Shown: piece after piece, positions 50,058-62,647 of the stretch
How positions within the stretch are numbered: the stretch's first letter is position 1
Layout of the letters: each line of letters opens with the position of its first letter
DNA from: Antedon mediterranea
Taxonomy: Eukaryota > Animalia > Echinodermata
DNA: 64,000 nt
Direction: 5' to 3'
NCBI RefSeq assembly: GCF_964355755.1
Contig: NC_092680.1
Span: forward strand, 7,564,001 to 7,628,000
Position numbers and translations under genes: made by a program
The notes under the pieces: model-generated
The model's input: only the letters and a program-made list of their open reading frames with translations
What the model was told of the DNA's origin: nothing
Databases searched by the model: none

Positions 50058-51300
50058 GACCTACGCCCACCATGGTTGGGACTGAGCTATGAACATTTTG
50101 AAAAATAGAGTTTCTAGGTCCCCGGAAATTGCACTTATTCATTAAAATATGAAATTTAGAAATATTGTAAAGTCTGCAGTACTTAGCCCACCATAATTAG
50201 GAAGGAGCTAAAAAACTTTTATTAAAAATAGAGTTGGTAGGTCCTCGAAAATCACTTATACTTTGAAATATGAAAAGAAATATAAGTCTCCAGGAACAGC
50301 TCTAATTAATTCAACAGAACAAATGCGACTTCAAAGTTTCAGGTGGATTTTTCTCTACTTAAAACTCGGATGCATATGTCGCTGGGCTAGTCCGACTTCG
50401 AATTTGGTCTAGACCAGCATCTTTACAGATGTTCTACATTATTTTGTTCCAAAATTTCTGATATTAAAATTTCTTAAAATTGAGGGCGTCAAAAATAATA
50501 TGTACGTGATCCAAAGAGGTGACGTAGGGTAGAGAAAAAAAATGTTATGGTGTGCTCTCTCTCCCTCAGCACTGATGCACTGACACAGCCTTGGGGTTGT
50601 TTGTTTCCACCACACCAGATGCATTGATGTTGCTGCTTCATTACGGTATGTAGTGGAAAGAGGGACGTAATATTATGTGAACCTCAAACACAGTAGCTCG
50701 CATAACTTTAACGCTATTCTACCACGGATCGTTCCGACCAACGTGGGATTCGGACCCACGTCAGATGACTGAGCTAACCGGTCATCTTGTTTGTAGATAG
50801 GTTAATATTAGCTTTGTTCCCTCAAGATGAAGGTCATGAATATGCATATTTATGACGTAATATAACAATATAATAATATATACATAGCAGAACACGTGTA
50901 AATAGACACTTGTCAGTTTTTCAGTTTTGCAGTTATGTACCTTGTGTAGAGTAACGGGTAATGATCTGATCTAGTTTAGGTTCGAATCTCCACGGATTTT
51001 AATTTTAACTTTTTTTAAATGGAATATAAATATTGAGTTTTGTTTATTTTTAAAGATAGATATTTAGAGGATTCAATTAAGCGTTACAGTTAGGATCGCA
51101 TGGATTGCATGCCTCGCTAGATCAAACTTTAGCAACACTATACAATGGTATGGGCTGAGCTAAGAACATTTTCAAAAAATAGAGCTGCTAGGTCCTCATA
51201 AATTGCATTTATACTTTGAAAATGTCAGGTCTGCCTTAACAAGCGGACCTTTTTGGGGGTGCGTCTGCACCACCCGCAACCCCAGCCTATGCCCCAGTAT
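50058..51300. repeat. Dispersed repeat fragments (50058-50270, 51100-51300; also 55380-55590), probably decayed DNA-transposon pieces
   Basis: Recurrent catggttgggactgagcta.gaacattttgaaaaatagag.tgctaggtcc. Confidence 0.65.
50735..50785 (-). pseudogene. Deleted tRNA-like/SINE head
   Basis: GACCGGTTAGCTCAGT...GTGGGTCCGAATCCCAC (A/B-box-like); anticodon arm missing. Confidence 0.45.
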
Positions 51301-52069
51301 CTTCATGATATTTGACAGTTTTAGGATGAGCTTATGATCATTCAATATCAAAACATCAACAAGTAAAACTCGTCATAAATTATGATAAATCAGGACCTAT
51401 TTTTAGAGGCTGCCTCTATTCATTATCTAGCCATCAGCTGTTTGGTCACGATATAATTTTAAAAGTTATACAGATAACTAGTTTCAATAGACCAAATCAT
51501 GGTAATAGCATTGTACCAATATATGAAACATGATGTCTTCAAATAGTAATAATTATATTATGTTAATGGATATATTATATCTTTTTGTAAATAACATCGT
51601 AGTTTTGAATAGACCTAAAAATAGCGATATGCTTTTAATATACTTTAACTTTTGATTGAATACATCTAGTATCATGCATGAAACAAAAGTTCCAGTATGA
51701 ATGAAGAATATCTGCAACGTCTGCACACTGTTACTTTCATCAATCAAATAATAACAAATGTACATCCAAGACACTTTAAAAGTATAAATTACAAAAGACC
51801 TGACATAAGTTTGCATTTAGTTTTCAATAATTATTATCAGCTTTCTTTACTTTTTAAATTCCCGAATTAATTTCACTACACATTTTAAAAGCGTTAATAT
51901 ATAATGTCTCCCTGCTATATTGATTACCTTGTAAAGCAGGGTTTTCTTAACAACATCTATATTATATTTAACTTTAAACATTACAACTTTTTACATTATT
52001 AATCCTTATCACTAGCGAATATTAATGAATTGATAGCTTTGGCATGATAATTCACTCGCAGAATGAACG

Positions 52070-52138
52070 TTAAACATAGATATCAGGCAAGTCAGCATTT
52101 TCAAAGCCCTCGTTGGCATAAGACTGATGTGGTTGAAC
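52070..52138 (-). CDS. amt: Amt exon 10 (last coding exon)
   Basis: TTTCATAG| VQPHQSYANEGFENADLPDIYV*. Confidence 0.78.
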   Translation of the reverse strand, partial: VQPHQSYANEGFENADLPDIYV

Positions 52139-55100
52139 CTATGAAACGAAAGACACATTTATTATATTTTATAATATCGATAATTATTATCAAAATTAAT
52201 ATCTATCAATATAAATCAAAGGTCTCAACTATGTAAGCTTAAATTTCAAAATTAAAAAATATTTTTAGAGGCCTAAGAAATAATTGTCCACTCGATAACA
52301 TGTATCAAAAGGCATTACACCGAGACTTGATCTAACTGACTTTCAATAGTCATTTAGATTATATCTAGTTACACAGTGATGCAGAATCGGGCGTAGGCCT
52401 ACTCATTTAAACTTACGGCAGATGCGATGTCTTGGGAACCGTTCTGTAACCCCACCACAGAAGCACTCTGTTTTCTCAATCTGTCACGTTTAACTGGTAC
52501 AGTGTCAAATATTGCCTGTAAGATGGGTGGTACCCATGGGTCCTCTTTTGACAGATATTTTATCTTAAATTCTTCTAATTCTTCTTTCGTCATTTGTACG
52601 TGAAAATCAGTCAAATTTGAATGTATTCCGTGCTCAATGAAATCAGCTCCTAGGATTTCTTTCTCTTCTGAGCAACTATTGAAAATGAATAGTTTATATT
52701 ATTTAACTAGCGGATGCAACACGAGTGAGTTTGTGAATCGTTTGGTTGGCTAAGTTTGGACGATAGGCCTACATCGCGTCGTGATTGGTTAAATTGCTTG
52801 CAGTACGCTTACGTAGGAACTAAGTTGAACAAGGGAGTTGTCTAATAACAACTCCCTGGTTGAACAGACGGTGTCGTGAGCACGGTGATCGGTCCCATTT
52901 TGAAAGGTCCAACCTTCTAAATAATCCTTGCTTTCACTCAACAAAAATCGTGCGGCCAATTATGATTGGCGATCGTAAATGAATCTATCTATCCATGGAG
53001 AAAATAAGTTGCTTCATGATCTATCTAATTAAATTTGTTTATGGACCCGATCGTCTTTTCTATGGTCTTATAAACATAAATTCATTAATCTTATATTATT
53101 TTAAAATATCAGATCAAAAACACGTTGATGTAATAGGATTTAAACATGATTTCGTACTGACTTACCGTAGGCCAATAGTGATGTTAAGAATATACAAAAA
53201 TGTGAAGGCAATCACAACGGTCCAGACAATAATTATGGCCGTCATGAGCAGTTGAACGCCAAGCAACGTAAAACCACCACCATAGAAGAGACCTATATGT
53301 TAAAGATTAAACAATACACGGTAACAACGATTTTAAAAATACTGTTTATTTCCACCCCTCCCCTACCAGCGATTAGAAACGAGCGGAATGATTCTCTTTC
53401 ATTTTGTTCTCACCAACTATACTTTTAAAAAACAATTGATTTATATTATTCTTTCAGAATCTAAAATGTATATATTTAATAACATTATTTAACAATTATT
53501 TTCTATATGCCGAATAATCATTCCAATGCTTCATCATAAAAAAAACGAAACTTTTTTTGCATTTTTAATGAGAATTTCATATTTACATATTTTTCCTAAT
53601 TATAATATCACTTACTTTTCGTGACATTACCCTTCCTTAAAATATTATACAGATATAACATGTGATGAAAATGTGATACTGTATACGGAACTTTCCTAAA
53701 TACTGAATAAATTAACACAGTCGTCATACCGCTTCTAACGTTGAATTCGTCTACATTATCCGGTCTACCGAATAAGCCAACGGATAACAAGCTCCACACT
53801 GAGGCAGTCCCGTGAACACCGACTACACTGATTGGATCATCAATCTCCATTTTTTCTAATATATGTCCGGTGTAAACGGCTAATAATCCGCCACCCATAC
53901 CAATGATGAAACATTCCCACGGCTTAGCAATTGCACACAGAGCTTAAATATAACAAATATACATTTTTTTAAATCATATACACATTTTAAGTATTAATTG
54001 TCTGATTTTCTTCAAATGTTCAATTATAATAATTATGTTCTACTCTAAACATGCATTTAAGTCTTTAATTTGAGGGAGCAGCTATAGATTGTGATCTTCA
54101 TCGGTCTTTATAATTGTAGAGAGTCTTGAAAGAGACCTGTATGAAGGTCTTTTAAGGGTCTTTCACACCATCCTGTCTCGGCGTGGAGCATCAAAACGAA
54201 ACATTGATGTTCGATTTGATTTGCAGGCGCCGGACCGGAGTCGTGTGTGAAAGACTGTATACTTTATGGTTGTGTAAAGTAATCATCCTACCTGTACTGC
54301 CAACAAGTCCCCCCAACACACTGTTTATAAGGTAACCTATGTCAAATCTTTTATTGAGGGTTATATAGCTGAGAAGAATACCGATTAGCCCTCCACCAAC
54401 CGATGCTGTAATAGTTGTCACTGCAGCTCTGTAAATGGTAACAAATGACATATAATTATAATACAGTAGGCCTACAGTATAGTATACTTTCATCAAACCG
54501 TACTATAATGAAGTACGTGTTAACAAAGTAACATTTTTTGTTATCCCATCTAGATGGGGCGAAATTTAAATGGAATTTGAATATACTGTATCGTCACCAT
54601 TTTGAAAGCTCTTTCTATTATGCTTGATACTGTCGTTTGGCCGACCGGATTTAGTCGAGTGGCTGACTGGATTTAGTCGGGTGGTCGAGCGGCTTTAGTC
54701 GAGTGGCCGACTGAATTTTGTCGGGTGGTCGAGCGGTTTTAGTCGAGTGGCCGACTGGATTTAGTCAGGTGGTCGAGCGGTTTTAGTCGAGTGGACGACT
54801 GGATTTTGTCGGGTGGTCGAGCGGTTTTAGTCGAGTGGCCGACTGGATTTAATCGGGTGGTCGAGCAGTTTTAGTCGAGTGACCGACTGGATTTTGTCGG
54901 GTGGTCGAGCGATTTTAGTCGAGTGGCCGACTGAATTTTGTCGGGTGGTCGAGCGGTTTTAGTCGAGTGGCCGACTGAATTTAGTCGGGTAGTCGAGCAG
55001 TAATGAGTGACTGAGCGGTTAAGAATGATAGGGACACCGCAAACCGTAGCAATACAATCAGCACAGGTTGAAGGCTATTCTTGGACGTCCTGGCTCGTGT

Positions 55101-58100
55101 GCACTTAAAGAATACAGCGCATATTTAGGAAGAGTAGTTCATATTGTACAATTTCATACACAAATTACAATAATCACCTACGATAATTATGGTAATGGTA
55201 ACATTCCTATCCATGTGTTTTCTCTACTTAAAAAAACTAAGGCCTATCCCGGTTGCGGATTAGTCCAACATCGAAGTTGTTCTAGACACCAAGTAATGTT
55301 CTACATTTGTTCCTGACATTTTAACACGGGTGTTCTTAAAATTGAGGGCACTAAACATAAAAGTTACGAGATGAAAATATGTAGCGGCGTTTGCATGCCT
55401 CGCTGGCTCGCATTTTTTACAACACTCTACCATGGTTGGGACTGAGCTAAGACAATTTTGAAAATAGAGCTGCTAGTAGGTGAAATGTCAGGTCTAGGTT
55501 TAAACATGGATTAATGATAATATTCATAATCCTTGGCCTAAACAAGGGGGCGTTCCCCAAATCACGCCGCCCGCACCCCCAGGCTACTGTATTTGTTCTT
55601 TGTCTCATTCATGTCATCTCAAATTCACATTACTCATATCAATAATGAATGTTTTACATTTTTTTACTAGGCCTATCTGGCAATGTTTTCATGGTTACAG
55701 TAGTATTATAAGAAACCATTATAATTATCAATAAAAGTATGTAAATAAATATTTTGCATTGTAAATGCAATTATAGTGGATTTATTTAAGAGTATAGTAA
55801 GGTTGACTGAAATGAATGGGTAATGTAATTTTCTTAAAACGTATATATCAATTTACGCAAGTCATGCAACTTTCAGTAAACTTCTAGATATTTTACTCAA
55901 TGGTATTTAAAGTTGGTACATATGTTCTGTTCTTATTATTTTTACAACCTGAATAAAAATCAGTATACTTAGTTTTGGTTAGATAATTACATAATTAGTT
56001 ACAATTAAAACTAATTTATAAACTTGCCTCGAATATATGGATGTTTTCTGTGGCCCTGAATGCTAATTTACCCGCATGATTTTAATGCTAAGTTTGAGAG
56101 GCGGACACAATACATACAATTTTATAGAAACGGGGCAAACGACGAGCGCACGCCCTCTAAGTTTCTTTAAATTCAAACAAGAACAACTTCAATATTCTGT
56201 TAATTTAACAAATACTGTACCTTGCGGCTAACATCCATTTTCCATCACTAATCCCGAAAGTACTTCCACAGTTGAAGCCAAGCCAGCCCCACCAAAGCAT
56301 GAACATGCCCAGCAAAGCATTGGTTGGGTTGTTCATATCAGGCGGACCTCTACCAGTGAATCGCTTCTTTCTAGGCTTCATCATTATGGTTGCTACAAGA
56401 CCAGTTACTCCTCCAACCAGATGTACCACACCTGTCAAATATTGAATTGTTAACAATTAAAATCAATCATGTTTCTCGTTTTCTTTTTGTATCTTTAAGA
56501 AGACGACTCTAGTTTCAGTAGTAACAGCATATTCTGTATTGGACATTTGATGCCTGAATCACAAACGATTAGAATAATAACTTTATATGAGTACATATGA
56601 TGTAATATTTTAAAATATTATTATTATTAGTATGATACTCATATATGCACGAGATACAGAACTGAAAATTTCGGGTGAAATGACACAGTAACTAATCTAA
56701 ACTCTTAGGTTTTTAAGGCTTAACTTATTTGTTAAATCGAGTGTAGATTACATTACATCTTGTAAAAGATTTCAAATGAAATATATTCTATGCCTACTTA
56801 AAAGATAACGTTACAATGAATCAACTATACATGCCTGCGCCGGCTATATCAACTGCACCTAGTTTATACAGGAATCCGTTTGTAGCCCAGACCCAGTGTG
56901 CAGGAAAACAGTACACAAAAGTGTTCAAAAAAGAAAACAAGCAGTACGAATCCAGCTTAGCTCTTTCTGCCATCGCACCTGGAAGGATAATTTTTTTGGA
57001 TAAATAATAATAATTATATTTATATTCCAAATTTCTAAAAAATGCGGCCTACAAAAACATCATATTTCTTTAGTTATAATAACTGCAAACAAAAATAAAA
57101 ATACAAATAATATTCAGGCATATTTATTTTGGTTTATTATTTATTTTAGGCAGTTAAGACTATGTTTTATGTTGGTTACGTATTTCTGCTTATTATGTTG
57201 TTTATTTAATAGAAGCGGTGGTGCATGCCGTACGTTGTAGGCCCTAACGGTTGTTAGTTTGAAAGAGTTCCCTATGTAATATCAACAGTTCTACAAAGAT
57301 ATGGACTGCGTCAGGATTGATTCAATATGCTAAAAAAATGTATGTATATCTTATTACGTAAGATAGCGTGTATTTCAATGCTTTGGAATAATGTATTTTA
57401 CATTTGTAATATTTTTTCGGTATTGCCTTAATTACGCTGTTACATTATACCGCTATATATTGCTTGAAAGCTATCTGTAATTATTACATCGTTTCCAAGG
57501 TAATATAGTTAATGAAAAAATAATTTCCGAACCCTTAATTAAAACTATAATTTTTATCTTTTAGATTGAAAAAGTAATTTAGGTGACCTAATAGAATTCC
57601 GATTATACCGACCATATTAATTGCATTCATCATTAACTGTTCAGCAATCTAATTTAATAGAAAAAATTCAAAAACGGGCATTGCGCATAATTTTGAGCCC
57701 ACATTATGTTAGCTATAAATTAGCCTTAGAGCAAGTGGGTTTGCCTTCTTTAAAGTCCCGTAGAGAACAGATTCTTCTCAAGTTTGGCAAGAGTCTTTTA
57801 GAATCTACCAAATTTAGAAATATGTTACCAGCATATAAATCTGATAGACATTCAAGATCGTTAAGGAGCAATACTAGCTCAAAGTTGGATTCTTGCAGAT
57901 GTCGTACAGAAAGATATAGGCGGTCTACTATTCCGCACTTAGCACGAATCCTTTAAGTTTAAGTTTAATGTTTAGTTTAGATCTCTTTTGATGTATTTTA
58001 CTTCTCAGTTTATGATTGTAATCCAACCTTTTCAGCTCTTGCTGCTGGTTGGAATTTGATGTTTTTTATACCTTAATAAATAAATAAATAAATAAATAAA

Positions 58101-61100
58101 TTGTATTGTCAAAAGTGTCAACTAATGAATTATTGAATGTCTTCTATCGATTACCTTTTTATTCAACATTTTACATTTTATTTATCGTTTCAAATTTCCA
58201 AGTTTGACATTTGTAAATTTTACAAATTCAAAGACAGCAAACTGGATATCGATTTAAATATCTCAAAATATTATTGAATAATGTTTAAGCTTTAAAATAA
58301 ATTAAAACAAACTGAAGATAAATATGTTAGATTGCTATTGAACCAACTGTTTTGTTATGCTGTTATACCATCAATTCAATTATTCCTTTAGCAAACATTT
58401 CCTACTTATTTCAAAGACTTTTTCACATTCTTAAGCAATTTTAATTCCACCCTTTAAAAAGTTTAAATTTTAAAACTTAGGTATGTAAATTAAAGATATT
58501 GTCCCCCTAAAAAAAATTGTGAAAAAATGTTATGCCATTTTATTGTCACAAAATAGTTATTCATTTTGACCAAAAACTGGATCAGAAAAAAATATTTTCC
58601 TGAAAATGTAAAGCAAAAAATACCTAAATTGTCTGTCAGACAATCGTTTCCTTTGTCTTTTTACAAGTGAAATAATTATTTTTGCTGAATTTTTTTTTTT
58701 TTGAAAGTGAACAACTTTATTTAAACTGCAAAATGGCCTCTTTAAAATCTGATTTTATTAGTCTTTATTTTTCAGGTTTTGGGGGACAATACATCTTTAG
58801 CTGTTAATGATGAGTGTCATTATTTTAAATTGTGACAAGATCTGTGAGTGAGTTGCAGTAATTTGTTCCTCCAAGAAACAGTGGCAAACTCAGAGATTGA
58901 AAAAAAATAAACAAAAGAAGGTCCGGTGAAGTGTTTTTTTTTTACTTTCACTAAATTCACAAAACCGTCAGCAAAATAGTTTGTCAAGGACACCGGTTTT
59001 AAGAAGGTAGTTTGCCGAAAGTTGTCAATTAGTCTACACTCTAGCAAACTTTGGAAAACTGAAGTTTGCTAGTGTAGGTTGGGATAAATTTTAATTCCTA
59101 CCAGATACAATGGTGGTTGCTGTGGTAGCAAATGATGCTTGGAACACAAATCGAGCATATGTCCAACCCATCTCATCGTCACCGGATGCGTCAGTTGCGA
59201 AATGTCCAAATCCTATTACAAAAAAAAAAAGTGAATAATTCAAAGTTTACGTTGCAAATAATAACGATTGATACACTTATTCACCGTTTATTTTGTTTAA
59301 CCCAAAAAAGCATACTGTACAATAATAATTTTAAACTCATAAAATAAAAAAACATTAAATATCAATAGTTTTGAGATCTGTTGATATTTGTGATGTATAC
59401 GTGACATGAAAACAAATGTGATAACCTTTTAACAATGTCACTTGGTAACGTATTTGAATTTTAATAATAAACAATAATTTGGTAATAACCTTCAATAACC
59501 TATTATTTATTATTATTAATAATAATATAATTATTTTTTTCATTATTATAAAAAGCACTCTGGTTAATAGTATTGCTTATATAACATTTAGTTTAATGAC
59601 GTATAGGCCTAGGCCTAATTTTGAAAAACATGTAACTCTCGGATAAAAATGTATCGTTACGTATACTTTGCGCAAACTCGGTGGTCAAGAGGTATGAACG
59701 CGGGGCCAGACTATAGTGATCTGGAGGCTTCTCAATCTGGTTATCATTATATCGAAACGCATGACGTAAGCGCAACGTAACTAATTTGACCAATCACAAG
59801 CGATTGATTATCCGTACTGTCGCTTTTCATTGTGGGAACCAAGCTTCAATACTTAATATGAAGTAAGAATAGGGAAATAATTAAATTAGTGTTCAAATTA
59901 TGTACCGAATTTAGAAGATCCAGTGCGGTAAATAATAATGATCTAAACAAAACTATGTACATTTTTAAATATAGCGTTTATTGTACACATCAGTAAAATC
60001 TTATCCTTAAGTTGCTTTACACTTTTTAATTAAATACTCTTTTTTTCGATGGCTACTCATTTCATACCAATTGGTTGTGTTCTGGGAAACCTGGAATCAA
60101 TCGACCCTTGTATAAACTTCATTTTAACTTACCGCAAAATGGATTAGACCACGGACCATCTCCATAAATGAATCCATAGCCAAACAACCAATACGACAAA
60201 CCTCCAAATATGACATCAACAGCATTCTTAACCATAATGTTCACTTCATTTTTACGTGATACAGTCCCTGATTCTAAAAGTCCAAAACCTGTATAAAAGA
60301 TGACAAAAAAAACTAAAAATTGTAATACAAATTTTTTTAAAGTACTATAATTACTGTAATTGATTATAATGTAACTAGATAATTATTGATACACAATTGT
60401 TTCGCTTATGACTATTTTTTTTTGGTATATTGGGAGAAACTATTTTATTAAGCCACTTTACCTACGTTTTTTCGACTTAATTTAAGGTTAAATTTTATGT
60501 AAAAATAAATACTATATAGACCTATTGCGGTGCCTAATGAAGAATGTGAAAAATACTGTAATTTTAATAATTTGGGCGACCCGCTATAGATACCAAAATG
60601 TATCGCGCGCGGATTGATATTTTCATACTACTTATGTGATGAAGAAGCGAGAAAACGCCAGGCTAGGCTCAACTATAGGCCTACAAAGTAAGCTAGACCG
60701 AAGACCATCTACGAGAGAACATTCGACGCGAGCTAATTAGGTAGTGCATTGGTTTTTTTTTATCATATTAAACCTTAGAACGTACATATAAGACAAGGAA
60801 TAACATAGTTTAATATTTTGAAAGTTAAATTGCAGGTAAAGTCTCTTTAAGGGAAACTTTGTTGAGTCTTGAAGTTGTCCACTTTAAAAAAAAAATTTTC
60901 TTTCAATTAAAACATGAAGATCATGTAAAGAAAAAAAAGTTTCTCTAATTTGATAAATAACATTCAATAAACAGGGTGAATAATGTTATTATTTGTATGC
61001 AATAGTTAATTCATATTGTTATATTTCTAATGTCTTTGTTAAAAATGGAAGACCCGCATGCCTTATAAAGACATATTAAAAACTCTACAGAATAATTCGA

Positions 61101-62447
61101 TTTATTACTTTGAAAAAAAAATGTCATCATGATGTCACATGTTGATAAACGTAGGCCTAATATGGTGTTGTTATTGGTACAAGGTAAACTCTTCTTATTA
61201 AGTGGGATTAAATCAAGACTTTATCAGATTTGATGTTGCAGTTATTGGAATGATGTAATTGTCATTGGCAAGCTTCTAATCGTATTACTATATTTATTGG
61301 TATGTGGTATCGATTACATACAATTAACTTACTTAGTTAAAATTGCGTGATATATTTTCTCTGTAATTTCCTGTGATTTAGACATTTCGACGAACGATAT
61401 TTATTAATTCGTATCTTCATGTACGGTTGTTTATTTTCGCGTCGCCTGCACTTTTTATTTTCAATGATTGCATCATAATTACGTATTAATTGCGTTATGT
61501 TAACATCTTATTAAAATTATCTTCAACTTCAAATATATCAATAATACATTGAAATATGTGCGTCTCATTTTGTAGCATGGAATTATTATTTATTTCTATT
61601 CTTCTCTTATAAAAAAAATAAAAAACCATAGCATAATTACCAGAAGTGTTCATAATTTACAGGAACTTACATGAAATAGTTTTTGGACTTAGATTTTTCT
61701 TACAAATTACAAGATTAAATTTATAACTGCTTGTTCTGCAGCAGTCAATTAAATAAACGGTTTTCTTAAAAATGCATATAATTATTTTGATATCGTCATC
61801 ACCACATCTTTTTGTGAACCACTGGTACGATTCTTTATTTATTTTTATATACGATCATTTTAAGCCGTTAAGTACATCACAAATTGCATTCATTATAGCT
61901 TAATGGGGTTACATGAGAAATTATGGTAGATTGAATATATTATACCGTAATTTATACAGTAGTAACAACAATAGCAATTGAATAATGATTTTAAATAGAC
62001 CACACATTATTAATAAATACAACATGATGATTAATACAATTGGATGTAGTTCAGTACTGTAGCTTGGTGGTTAATATGCTGGCTTACCAATCTCAGTTCC
62101 TAGGTTCAAAACTTGTCGTATTCCATGTGACCAGATTTCGTTTTCATAGTTTATTTTCGCTATTCGCTTCCCCACCCACCCCACAGACTGACAGAAGATT
62201 CAGTTACATTTTTTGTTTTTGTATTTTACACTATTTTGATAAGAAATAAAAATGAAAAACAATAAACGAATACGATCTTTAACGAACCTGACTGCATAGT
62301 AAAGATAATAAAAGAACTTGTCAGTATCCACGTAGCATCATCCCAGCTAGTTTCAGCCTGCTCCTTTTCAGTGATGTTTGTTTCTAAAACAATATAATCA
62401 TCGTACACGGGGGCACATGTTGCATTTGTACAGTTTACAGCATCCAT
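52070..62447 (-). CDS. amt: Ammonium transporter (Amt/MEP family, invertebrate Amt3-like); 10 exons, 528 aa
   Basis: DDATWILTSSFIIFTMQSGFGLLESG, KNAVDV, FQASFATTATTIVSGAMAER, AHWVW, DIAGAGVVH, WWGWLGFNCGS, IDDPISVVGVHG. Exon lengths sum to 1,587 nt and end in TAA. Confidence 0.95.
52417..52675 (-). CDS. amt: Amt exon 9
   Basis: CSEEKEILGADFIEHG...; donor GCC|GTAAGT. Confidence 0.88.
53166..53292 (-). CDS. amt: Amt exon 8
   Basis: GLFYGGGFTLLGVQLL...TIGLR. Confidence 0.92.
53730..53942 (-). CDS. amt: Amt exon 7
   Basis: ALCAIAKPWECFIIG...IDDPISVVGVHG. Confidence 0.93.
54292..54428 (-). CDS. amt: Amt exon 6
   Basis: AAVTTITASVGGG...INSVLGGLVGST. Confidence 0.93.
54632..55002. repeat. Tandem array of 17 x 22-bp monomers in alternating A/B 44-bp higher order
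   Basis: gtcgagtggccgactggattta / gtcgggtggtcgagcggtttta. Confidence 0.95.
55003..55270 (+). mobile_element. Degenerate SINE (S1-related) directly after the 22-bp array
   Basis: gagtgactgagcggttaaga head; gctcgtgtgcacttaaaga resembles gctcatgtgcactttag near 3046. Confidence 0.5.
56221..56431 (-). CDS. amt: Amt exon 5
   Basis: GVVHLVGG...LWWGWLGFNCGSTFG...AAR. Confidence 0.94.
56835..56978 (-). CDS. amt: Amt exon 4 (GC donor)
   Basis: GAMAERAKL...PAHWVW...GAVDIAGA; CAG|GCATGT. Confidence 0.9.
57621..58100 (+). mobile_element. 5'-truncated CR1/L2-group LINE 3' end, antisense in an Amt intron
   Basis: IEKIQKRALRIIL...SY..AL...LPSLKSRR...CRTERYRRSTIP, then 3' UTR and (TAAA)n tail at 58075-58100. 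Confidence 0.85.
59102..59212 (-). CDS. amt: Amt exon 3
   Basis: GFGHFATD...FVFQASFATTATTIVS. Confidence 0.93.
60133..60288 (-). CDS. amt: Amt exon 2
   Basis: GFGLLESGTVSRKNEVNIMVKNAVDVIFGGLSYWLFGYG. Confidence 0.94.
62288..62447 (-). CDS. amt: Amt exon 1
   Basis: MDAVNCTNATC...WDDATWILTSSFIIFTMQS; start codon choice moderately certain. Confidence 0.85.
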
Positions 62448-62640
62448 CTTTATGACCAGAGCCCACGCGATGAAATATAAATAGTATAATCTTTGCGGTG
62501 ATAAAGTGTAGACCACCTTTTAACACGAACTCATCAGTGCAGTCATTAATAATGTTTACTAAATAACTGAGCATGCGTAATAGTTGCTGATTCGTTGGAA
62601 TCAACTGCTATTTTATGGATGAACGTCGTCAAGTGGTTTC

Positions 62641-62647
62641 CTTTATA
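62641..62647 (-). promoter_or_regulatory. Possible TATA box for Amt
   Basis: TATAAAG about 195 bp upstream of the ATG with Inr-like GCAGTT about 40 bp downstream; weak in AT-rich DNA. Confidence 0.25.

Noticed and set aside
54632-55002. CRISPR array or tRNA gene cluster
   Set aside because: Contiguous 22-bp monomers with no spacers, no B box and no cloverleaf.
62060-62130. tRNA gene
   Set aside because: Only degenerate A/B-box-like motifs; probably a decayed SINE head.
2418-62447. U12-type introns
   Set aside because: None of the traced donors matches RTATCCTT.
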